Shown: positions 23,153-33,700 of the stretch, one piece after another
Position numbering within the stretch: the first letter of the stretch is position 1
Layout: every line of letters begins with the position of its first letter
Assembly: GCA_024346625.1 (NCBI GenBank)
Contig: AP024664.1
Coordinates: 1,550,001-1,614,000 of the forward strand
DNA: 64,000 bases
From: Williopsis jadinii
Taxonomy: Eukaryota
Reading direction: 5' to 3'
Notes under the pieces: model-generated
What the model saw: the letters and a program-made list of their open reading frames with translations, nothing else
Database searches by the model: none
What the model was told of the DNA's origin: nothing
Made by a program: the position numbers and the translations under genes

Positions 23153-24102
23153 CTACTCAATTCTTTTCTTTACGTACTCCCACAAGCTCTTCAACAGGCT
23201 GTCTGGTAATGTGTACAAGTCCATTGTGAATTCACCGCCTTCAACGTCATTTTTAATGTTCATATCAGGTGTTCTGTTGTCTGTAACCATCTGTACAACA
23301 CCCAACAGGTCATCCTCGGAGAGCTTTGTCAACCCTTCAGCCAATTTTTCCAGATCCACTGAGCCTTTGACTGCATTTGCCAGAGCAGATCCACTAGGTT
23401 TGGCCCTTTTGGCCTTATTGGAGTCAGTGCCAGTAGCTTTACGCTTGTCTCCTGAAGAAGCATCGACACTTGGGACAGCACCTGACTCTGCCAACAAGGA
23501 TTTTAGCTTTTCACTCTTCAAAGGGCAATGTATAACGTGGTCAACCTCGTACTTCTCCTGGAGGAAGTTCAAGTCGTGGGCAACCTTTCTGTCACCGGCC
23601 TTGTCGACAAAGGTGAAGGTGATCCCGAGTTCAAACTCACCCCAACCTTGCTCTTCAATCTTGAAAGGCTGCTTCTTGATCACACGCACTGGGTTGGCGA
23701 ACGTGGGATGGAGATGATACGTGACTTTATCAAAGATATTGGCTGGAACTTCATTCCCTTGTTCGTCAAGGAGGTAAACTTCAATCGACCACTGACGCAC
23801 CGGAAACCCCTCCGGTGGGAGTGGGAGTCCTTCAACAACGTGTTGATGCGTAACAATACGAATGGTTCTGTCAACGGACTTTGGCTAGATAGCACTAAGC
23901 ATTAGTACATTCGTCCACGAAATTATCAATTGGAGAAGCAGGGAATCAATCGTTGTCCCGTCATGGAGATTCCAATGGCGTTTCCCATGTTCGAAGAGTC
24001 TATGGTATACCGTCATCTACTCACAACAGCAAGAGACACTCTCATCACGCAACATCATTCGTCCCACTCCAACAGATACAGCCATGTACTTACTTCGGAC
24101 AT
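23153..24102 (-). CDS. TAF14: YEATS + ET domain protein; exons 24102-24094 and 23884-23153
   Basis: Spliced MSE|PKSVDRTIRIVTHQH...FPVRQWSIE...YHLHPTFANP...EEQGWG; ET domain DLEKLAEGL..L.EDDLLGVVQMV. Confidence 0.93.
23885..24093 (-). other. Spliceosomal intron of TAF14 (209 nt)
   Basis: GTAAGT 5'ss after a 9-nt exon, TACTAAT branch (23907-23901), TAG 3'ss; frame preserved. Confidence 0.85.
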
Positions 24103-24443
24103 TATATAACTCAACGTCTAATGGTGTTGTAATTTTATCACCCTTTCCCGTTAAACCTGTTTATGAGCTGCTTCGTACTAATTCCCCTTCTCAGGTTTCC
24201 CGGTTGTCTGTCGTTTCCATGGAGGCGTCGTCGAATTTCCGAAATTTTCGTTTGTCCACAAAAAAAGAAAAAAAAATGTCCTGTCTCTGTCTCTGTGGGT
24301 TTTCGTGTTTATTTGTTTGTTTTCGCAAATTTCAGGACAAATGAGACACGCGCGTTATGCGTAAAGAGGCACAGGGTTCAATTAGGCCAACCATTATTAC
24401 TACAATTAGAATGATGACAAGCTTAGCCAAAACGTGTACTATT

Positions 24444-25550
24444 CTACACAATCAGAAAGATAATGAACAGTGAAAATAGGAAGATCAGTGTAGCAGGTAG
24501 GGCAATCTTCGGTGACTCGTTCTTCGAGGAACGGAATGGGTTCTTGATTGGCTTTCTCTTGTTCGTTCTCACACCAACGGTGGCCCTAGTCCGCTGAGTA
24601 ACTTGCATGCTTTTGAACGGGTGATTGTTGTTGTTGTTGGTCACTATTTGGGGGTCTCTTGATGAATCCATTATGGTTGGCCAGGCCACTTTAGTAGTTG
24701 CTGGAGTAGCACTAGTGACACCACTAGTAGCATTTGAGTGTATAAATGTAGATGTCCTACTTGATGCTGAGTTGGAAGATATTCCAGCCAACAGCGTACT
24801 CTCCAAATATGGCATTGTGTTTGTAGCTATCAGTGTGTCGTTTAATCTTGTAATGCCCACGTATAGTTCACTGCTCACCACATCAGATGTTATCAAGTCA
24901 CGATCAGTAGAGTCAGACAAGGAGGAGGTTGATTTGCTAGGCATGTCTATTTCTCGCAATTCACGGTCTGTCGTATGAAGCTTATTCTTAGGTGGTGGCA
25001 TATGTTCATTGGGCTTTCGATCTGTAAATGGCCGCTTGATTCCAATAAATGGGTTTCCCTTCTCTAGCTCTAATTCACGGATTTCATAACTGTTGTCGTT
25101 AACGGGTACTTCACCTAAGAATAACTCCTGATTGTCTCCTAAGTACAAGGCCTCTTTATCGTCATTACCGTTCAAAGGTGTTGGCACTGGTCCAGGTATT
25201 GACTCAATAGCAGTCAAAGAGCCTCCAATGAGATTGCTGACCTCTAAGCCTTCAGAAGTTGAAGTTGGTTCAATCGCAAAACTCTGCGTCGTCTCGTTGA
25301 AGAAACGCCATTTGCGGTTCTCCTCGGGAGACAAATCTCCCCTATATCCTGGAGCGAGATGGTATGGTGACAGTGCCTCTACTAAAGATTGATCAGATAT
25401 GTCTTGAGAATCGTGTTCTCCAACAGACAGCGGAATGAGATCAATATTGTAAGATGGAATGGTTGTAGTGACACTCACAACTTCTGTAATAGTGACAGTC
25501 ACACAATGGATAAATTTCAGGACAAAGAAAGTCACAAGTATACTCTTCAT
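24444..25550 (-). CDS. Secreted S/T-rich, probably GPI-anchored protein; positional counterpart of SPO19/YOR214C
   Basis: Signal peptide MKSILVTFFVLKFIHC, S/T-rich body, basic patch followed by hydrophobic tail IALPATLIFLFSLFIIFLIV. Confidence 0.75.
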   Translation of the reverse strand: MKSILVTFFVLKFIHCVTVTITEVVSVTTTIPSYNIDLIPLSVGEHDSQDISDQSLVEALSPYHLAPGYRGDLSPEENRKWRFFNETTQSFAIEPTSTSEGLEVSNLIGGSLTAIESIPGPVPTPLNGNDDKEALYLGDNQELFLGEVPVNDNSYEIRELELEKGNPFIGIKRPFTDRKPNEHMPPPKNKLHTTDRELREIDMPSKSTSSLSDSTDRDLITSDVVSSELYVGITRLNDTLIATNTMPYLESTLLAGISSNSASSRTSTFIHSNATSGVTSATPATTKVAWPTIMDSSRDPQIVTNNNNNHPFKSMQVTQRTRATVGVRTNKRKPIKNPFRSSKNESPKIALPATLIFLFSLFIIFLIV

Positions 25551-26223
25551 GATGAGACTAAAACCTGCTCTTGCAAAGACACGCATTCCCGTTAAACTAT
25601 TGATCAATTGTAATGATAAAGCCAATGTCACTTTGATTCAAGAATACCTCACTTTGTGACCATAACTGCAATCATATGGGTTCCTTTCCGATGACAATGG
25701 GAATGGTTTTGTGGTTAATTATCTCCTCAGCCCAGAATATCACAAACATCTCTATCATGAAAATGTCCAAGATGGTGATGATTCTAACTCGAAAAGCCTC
25801 TCCAGAAGCTCATGCGTGAAGGTTTGTAATTAGGACCAGTTGGTCGCATCAACTGTTATATTACGTAAAATGATATCTGACCTGTCTTGAGCCCCTGACC
25901 ACCAAAACACTTGGAATATGGTGATTGATGGTTAAAGCATTGTAATCTTGTATATAGTTGGTTCAATTCGGGTCAGGCCATGATGAGCTATCACGATGTA
26001 AATCCTCCCTTCTACTTTCAATCCACGCTCAATTTTTGATCCCAGGTTCGTGCTGATGTCGTTTAGATCTTCCATTGCACACTCGAACTCGATTAGTATA
26101 TGGTGCAGAAGTTTCAGCACCAAATAAGACCTCAATCCAGGACGTTGACTTCATAATATGGGTAAAGCGTCACCTCGTTCTGCGTAATCGGGACATCTGT
26201 ATCTTCTTCCAATCAACAATTAC

Positions 26224-26296
26224 GGGCGAGTGGCGTAGTTGGTAGCGCGCCTGCCTTGCAAGCAGGAGGTCATCGGTTCGACTCCGGTCTCGTCCA
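26224..26296 (+). tRNA. tRNA-Ala(UGC)
   Basis: 73 nt, CCTGC-CTTGCAA-GCAGG anticodon arm, G3:U70 pair, GGTTCGACTCC, T8 terminator. Confidence 0.96.
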
Positions 26297-29200
26297 ATTA
26301 TTTTTTTTCTTTCCCTTTGGCTTCCAGGTCGTGCACAGATCACTTTTTTGATACTACATTATGGTGTGCAAAGAAATAACAGAATCGCTACAACCACTGA
26401 AAACAGGATTGGCCACAGCTCAGCACTTGACACTAAACACTGGACAAGAAATACTCTTTGTAGATCAGCAGTATCATTAGAAATTATTAGTACCGTAACT
26501 TGCAGAATGTAGATAAGACTCCCATAACATACATTTGGCACTACTAATTCAGCCACACGTTGCAGGCCTCATAGTCTATCGACGAGGGAGTCGAGACTTG
26601 GAGCAAGTGAAGGTCGATAAACTGAGGATATAAGACACGAGGGGAACTTGTTGAAAATGAATATCCAAGTAGCCTCAAGGTATTCTAGAACTATTCCAGC
26701 CGTTTAGTCGAAATTCTTTCTAGCACATCATTCCTGTGAACAATTCTCTGCTTCCAGCCATCCAGACACAGTAGCTTGGTCATGAAGTCCTAGCTTGCAG
26801 TCTGTCATCTTCTGCCATGTGCTACTGTATCACATGTTAAAGTACCACATAGGTGTGTCCAGAGTCTGGCCTTTTGGAGACACTGATAAGCACCATTTAT
26901 TATAACCCTATTTTTACAACAAACCAGCCGTGTGCAACGCTCAATCTTGTTGGGTCTAATAAACCGGCCTACATTAGTGTATAAAGTCAAGATGAAAGTT
27001 TCGCGTTACCCTATTAATCAGCCCGCAGTACTGCACGCTGCTTACTTGATATCACAGTTACAGAGTCGAAATGTATACACTAACAGCCCACATGAGCATG
27101 TGTTACATGATGAGCTAAACACCTGCTAACCTCAAGCACGTTGCTAGCCATGTTGGACTCGTGCCATTTCATGTAAAATAAACAATGTCTCGAAGTCGAA
27201 ATCAACTGCATGCTCCGCAATCGCACGTACTCACATACGTATCTGCTAGCAAACGCTAAAAAATTATCAAATAATCAAGCCCAGAGTTTTCTATTAGCCT
27301 TTGACTGGGCTCCTCGTTGGACTTTTGATCCTGAAGCTTTGCCTTACACAATGGGGTCATGTGTGTGGGGTATTTCCCCTTATTGTTGTTTTTTAGTATC
27401 TAGCCCATTTCCCAGGGACCATAGCAGAACGCATTAGCACAATAGGAATCAATTATTGTAGATTTAGAACATAAGGAAATTTTAGGCAACTGAACTCCTT
27501 TATGCTACACACTAAAAAGACTTGAGTGATGGACAACTGGGGTCATCAGCTGTAATGATGCTATGTTTTTTCGGTGTCCTGTTTTCACTATTTCTACTCC
27601 TTCATTACTAAAACAAGACCTGCAGAAATATCCATTCACAGAGCTCTGTAATTACAACGGAGAGACTAATTCTCCCCTAAGGAAACAAGCAGCTTATTTT
27701 GCATGCATATAAGTTGACCTCAACAAAATTCTCAGTCTTGCAGTCTTACAACCCGGCACCCGCAGCTACTTGGAGTTTTAAGACGTGATTCTCTATGCTC
27801 CTGGTATGTACATACTGAGGGTAGAAGTGAACATCATAGACACATTTTGATCTGCAACACATCATGTATGAATGATAACTTCACAACGGTTAAATGAGTA
27901 TTCTTCAAGTGTTGTGTGTTACAGATTAGCTGCAAATAAGGAATCCTCCTTCAACCTTGAAATCTGGAAGAGCACACACTTAAATGACATCACAGAGCCA
28001 CAGCCATGTGTCACGCAATTATCAGAACTCTACTAGTGTACGCTATTGTCACTGGCTAATTGCATCTTGTCATGTACATCCATTAATGCACGAGTGCAGT
28101 TGATTAGCGGTATGTACACATTATCATCTTCCAACATCCAATACGTACATATTCAACGATGGCTTCTAGAATGACGTTGCACACAGCACAGTAATTGTAC
28201 TGGACAACGAACGATTTATATAGCTGTAGCTTATCATATGTGATCCTTCATACTTCACCAGTTATATGGCTGGTCAACTATCTTTGTACAGCTCACACGA
28301 ACGTATGATCTGATGAGAGACAAATTCAAGAAAAAATTGGCTAGTGACAAGATATCGATGTGCATTCGTAACGTGCTTCGCAGACCACAGCATGTATTCT
28401 CCTACAGGAAATACCAATGTATGAACATGTGCTATTTTACCGCTTATACATCGAACTTCTTGTGATCTTACATAAGTCAGCATTCACGAAGAAATTTGGC
28501 TGGACATGAACCATTAGTGTCAGTCGCTGTTGGTTGAGTTGTACACTGTATACATCATCTTGTGAGACGCCAGAAGTCTACAGTATTTGACGCACTCTAT
28601 AAACTAAAACACATTTTGGCACCTTCTAAGAACGCTAATTGATTTGACCACAGTGCACGATCCGCTCATCTTGAATCCATCTATTTGTAAATTTTAGTCA
28701 TTGGGAGTTCTTAGACATATTCGTGTCGTAGCATTTTCTGGCTAATGCAGGCATGTCACTGTAGGTGCTCATACATATACGCTACCTATGATCATCCCAT
28801 ACCTGCTGTTTTGTATGATCGGCGTCGACTATATTCCCCTCAGCAGTTAGTTCAGAAACTGTACCATATTGGCAGCTTGTATAATCGGCCCAATTGGAAG
28901 CAGTTGGGTTCCCAAAGTGCTAGGCTCTGGAAAATAGAAAGGGCATATATCCCCGTTAAACCACGATAACAAGAATGGAATGAACTGATGCAAGACTGTT
29001 CTGTGATATTCTTTTTTTCAAGTCCCTATATCCAATCATTAAGGTCCATTATGATAGTTCCATCGACGTTCTGTGAGGTATTGGAAACAGCACCTTTTGT
29101 ATCCGCTCTTTCAAGCCTTAGTTTCTGTACATATCTCTAAAATAAACGTGGATTCAAGAATATAATCACCACTGAGAGATTCATTCAGATGTAGTCCTAC

Positions 29201-29384
29201 AAAACAGATGAAGTACAAATTCGAAGTGAAGCCCGCAAAAACGTGAGATAAAAATTATATAAGTGATGCACTCTAGAACTAAATGATATTCGAATAACGT
29301 CAACGCTATTCTTGGTTTGGTATTTCCTTTAAAAATATCTGAATTTGTATACCTTTCTGAGGTGACGGAGCAAAATGATAGATC

Positions 29385-30746
29385 TCAGCTCTTATCCGTA
29401 TAAACTTTGATCAACTCCAGGAACGATTCATCGTTCGAGAGTCTCTTGTTGGCACTTCTTAAGAAAGAAGTAGATGTTTCCAACAATTGTTGCAATTTGG
29501 TGAAATCTTCATACGAGATGGTTTGGCTCATACGGAGATCGTAAACTTTATTGCTGACAGCTTCCTTCATGTGCTCAAACTCTTTGTGAATGGTAAGTAC
29601 CGCATTTAACGGTAATAGAGATGTGTCAAAGTGTTGCTCAATAAAGGGGAATTCTTCAGGCGTTAGTGCTTGAGAGCCACTCTCATTCTGTATATCGTTG
29701 TCCAACTTTCTCTTTTTTCTTAGATCTCCGTCACGACTCAGCGTTACCTGAGGTATTGAACAAATTATATCATTGGTGTACTCCGAGAATCCAAATTGGT
29801 CGATATTATCAGTCAATGATGGCATTGTTATGCTGGTTACATGTGACGTATCAGAACCATGACGAGATGGGACGGGCGTGTAAGGGTAACTTAGCACTGA
29901 AGACGGTACCTCGATGTGAGAAGCTTGAGTCTGTGGGTAATGAAACTGCGCTGCTCCTACTTGGTTCATATCAAGTTGTGGAAGTTGATTCAGGAAACCA
30001 CTACCATCATTGGTAACAATACTGGCACCAACTCCAATCGCCATGGTCGAGAGAGGTAGAGTTGGTTTGTGTTGATCATAGTTTTCTGAATATGTCGGTG
30101 GCACGTGGCTCACAGAAGGGGCCAAAAACGATGTTGGATTCGACGTGGCATTCTGTAAGTCCTTAAAGAATTCGGGTCTTGATGAGCTTTGGGTGAGGAC
30201 TCCATACTCAATGGCAAAATTGATGTAAGACTTTGACTGTAATACTTGATCGTCGCGATCAGAGTTCTTTGAATCCACATATATGAATCTGTGAAAGTAC
30301 TCTATATCTGCATGTCCAGCTTTCGTTAGCAACTTCACAAGATTGATTTCACTATTGAGAATTTCATCATTAAGATTATTGCGAGAAAGTTGGTCCTCTA
30401 TGGCAGCGGTCTCTTCGAAACAGAATGCCCGCGAGTTCCATTTAAAGCCACTGCTTGCGAGCGCCATGCGCTTGAACACCTTGTGGTACTTCAATACCCT
30501 CTGATAACGACATTTGATGTTGATATTAGTGAAGCGTTTGGCAACATTTGGATACTCCTTGTTTAAAGCATCGGCCACCAAGTGCCAGGCCAATGGACTG
30601 AATCTCTGTCTTGACTGATCAAAATACTCCGGGTTCTTGGAAACACCGTACAGTTCAATCATACAAGCAAGTTTGGTGCTTGGTTTCCACCGGTCATAGT
30701 TTGACTTTTGTTGGCCATCCGGACCAATCACTGACTCTGAGTGCAT
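29385..30746 (-). CDS. Orphan protein with N-terminal Myb/SANT-like domain (Myb_DNA-bind_3-like)
   Basis: 453 aa; W(x)...FSPLAWHLVADALN...FTNINIKCRYQRVLKYHKVF...SSGFKWN; NLS-like RKKRK; TATAAA ~220 bp upstream. Confidence 0.7.
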   Translation of the reverse strand: MHSESVIGPDGQQKSNYDRWKPSTKLACMIELYGVSKNPEYFDQSRQRFSPLAWHLVADALNKEYPNVAKRFTNINIKCRYQRVLKYHKVFKRMALASSGFKWNSRAFCFEETAAIEDQLSRNNLNDEILNSEINLVKLLTKAGHADIEYFHRFIYVDSKNSDRDDQVLQSKSYINFAIEYGVLTQSSSRPEFFKDLQNATSNPTSFLAPSVSHVPPTYSENYDQHKPTLPLSTMAIGVGASIVTNDGSGFLNQLPQLDMNQVGAAQFHYPQTQASHIEVPSSVLSYPYTPVPSRHGSDTSHVTSITMPSLTDNIDQFGFSEYTNDIICSIPQVTLSRDGDLRKKRKLDNDIQNESGSQALTPEEFPFIEQHFDTSLLPLNAVLTIHKEFEHMKEAVSNKVYDLRMSQTISYEDFTKLQQLLETSTSFLRSANKRLSNDESFLELIKVYTDKS

Positions 30747-33700
30747 TTCTTGTTTGGCTGCGAAGGTTGTTGCACTCTAAAAACAGACAAGAAACTGGGG
30801 GCAGATTAATCTCCTGAAAGAAACTTAATCCAAATAGTTGATCGCAGTACGCGTTTGAGACTCCTGCGGGTATCAGTAGCCTGTTGACTATTATAGCAAT
30901 ACTATCTCTATCTCTATAACAAAAGATCCTGGCTCCAGGAAATTGTTAATGGAATTGAACTCCATATTTATAATGGTTGCCGTTTTATGAAGGGTCAAGA
31001 CTGGGCACCGGGTAATGGGCATGCGTGATTCAGCACATCACTCTTCAACGTCAAAGGCATCTGCTCTAGAAACAGACCACATGCACAAATTTATCCCATC
31101 GCCCTTTGAGCAGGAAATTTATGTATGTACACTTCCCATAACCAAGCAACACAAGCTCAAGATGCATACGCGGTACATGCAGCTACAGACTCTGTGCATG
31201 TGCATCATGGAGCTAATCTTCTGAAGGACACTGATGGATTGATATTAGACCCACACACGCGAGTAAACGTGGACAGCGAACTTTAGTGCAAAACATTACT
31301 GCGAATCAAAGGATCTGGTGTCCTAATATCGTTAGATTTCAGTCTCTTTCATCCTCATGGTGACATGTAAGTATCGAAATTGCGACACGTTTGAGATTTG
31401 TGTATATTTTGGCTTTTTTTTTTTGAATTGGACTAGTTTAATTTTTGTGGTTGCAGATGTCAGCTGGACCCGTACGAACTTGAGATTTATAGAGGTTGAA
31501 CGGTAAGTATTTGCAATATCTGCTGACCCGATGACCCTGCGAAATAAGATTTGGGAAATGGAGATCCCTCACGATTTTTAATCTTGCTGCGCATTTTTTG
31601 AGATCTCCTTTTTTTCTTTGTTCATGCATGAATATGCGCAATACGGTCTTTTGGCGTCAGTGGATTCGAATTTCATCAAATTAATCTGTGATCAGGTCAA
31701 TGGCAGAACATTTACAGCAATCTGGTAAGGAACTGCATTTACCTCGCTGTATAGATACATAGATTACTTGATAGTGTTTTTTTCCAAACATTTTTGGAAT
31801 TAGGGTGAGATTACGCAGAACAATTGCTACCAGTGTTGCTGCTAGCAGCCAACCGCCAGCTACCCATATGCATGTAGATGTGTAGCGAATCGCGATCGTC
31901 ATGCGTTGGCAAACAGTAAGAGTTTAAAGTCTGGCCTTTTATGGCCCTGAGTTGGTCATTGCCGTTTTTTGTTTTTTTCTTCCAACTACAGAAGTAAACA
32001 ACGGACGCTGTACACATTTGTGCCCGATCGCAACGGCTGAGTTGTGCAGTATGCAGTCCTCGACACAATTGGTCGAATATCACGATTGGCCTTACAAACG
32101 GGTGTTAGTTATTAGTTTGGTGTCCGTATATTTTAGCGTTGTGGACATTTTGCATGTGGACTGAAAGTGGTATACAACCTTTGGATCGCTGGCACAATTT
32201 TCCACTTTAAAGGGTGCTGAATATGTATATTCTTGATCAATCTGCCCTCGAATAAGTAGAAATGTGAATAAACTTCTAGATTCGGTATTCCCAAAGCTTC
32301 AAGAACGGATTTTGGCGGTTCTTGTTAACTCATAAGTCTTCCCCATGGATATATATGACGCTTCACTACTTCGTCTCCCGAACCACATGCCTTGTGACTC
32401 ATGCAAGTAGTTATTGGTCCAAGCAGACAGTATAGGTTAAGTTTGACTTCACTCATCAATATTCATGGAAGCCCACAGTAGAACCCACGGGCGCATGAAA
32501 ACACTGTAATCCATGCATATCTAAATTAAGAGTTTTCTCTTGAAAAGAAGAAGACAAAATTTGGCCCCTAAATTATATAGTAACGTAATTCAGATGAGCC
32601 TATATCTAACTCACTCATATACATGACCAAGTCAGTTTTTTCGGAAATCATCATTGGTACAACGTAGTCTTTTTATTTTCAACCTTGATACACTATCAGG
32701 GGGTCTCGTGTACATTGACTTCTAAATCTTGCATTTCAAAGGTCTCTACTTATCATGAGCGTTTAACTATACTATCACTACGGATAATACACTTTCAGTT
32801 AGAGGTGATTTCGTAATATGTCATATGTATGTTTTTATGGTTGAGATTCATGCAAAAATGTGGCGCAGTTGTCATTCTAATCGCTTGGTTCGTAAACGTG
32901 CAGATGCATGATAAAATCACAGTTGAAGCACAGTTGTTATTAAATTATGTCCCAGTTAGCTGGTGATATGTGCACATACATGTACATTCCAAAAGCATAT
33001 GTGCGCAATTCATTATCCACCTGTCGAGAATCTGTGTGTTATTCCAACCATTGGCGATTCCAACCTGTAGAGAAGTTGAAGGGTTTGGTTCGTCTTAGCA
33101 TTAGTTATGTACAAGAACACGCGTTGGAATTAAACTACAATAAAATTAAAAGGGTTCTTAAAATAAAATCCAGAACAGGACGCTAGCTACATACCGTGCA
33201 TTCGAAACTAGTAGACGACATTGTGTCCGTGGCAGGAGGTTGAATAGCCGCCTTCCTGCCTACTTCTCCAATATATATTGTGTAATCACTGTAATTTCCA
33301 AGTATTAAGTAGTAACTACTGATGTCTCGAGCTATGGGATGGTTGGTGATCTGGCAAATTATGTGTATTGAAGAGCGAGTGAGTCTATCAATAAGTAAGC
33401 TACGGTAACGTAAACCGTGTCCAATACACAACGTTTCATAGCTTTGATGAGGTATTGAAGTTCGACGTCCCTTTAAGGCACCTTCTTGTTAAATACTGAT
33501 TAGATGGTGAATCGATCGGACTTAGCCGGTCAAAACCGTCTGAATTCAGCACTGTGAACCAATACCTACGCTTATTGACAGGAGTTCAATGTTTGCGTCG
33601 TGCTGTTAACCGATGGGTCGATGTTGCTAAAGAAACATGAAATAGAGAATTATGTATGGCTTTAATCTCACGATGTAGTGTGTATGTAGAGTTGTGGATG

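Noticed and set aside
29025..29120. NVDGTII on the minus strand, resembling the Harbinger transposase AIDGTHI motif
   Set aside because: Short frame closed by a stop; no other DDE motifs found nearby.
31501..31510. ATACTTACCG on the minus strand resembling the U1 snRNA 5' end
   Set aside because: Mismatch at the invariant U, and no U1 stem-loops follow.
32639..32650. CDEIII-like TGATTTCCGAAA on the minus strand (point centromere)
   Set aside because: No >85% AT CDEII or correctly spaced CDEI next to it, and the upstream TGT of CDEIII is missing.
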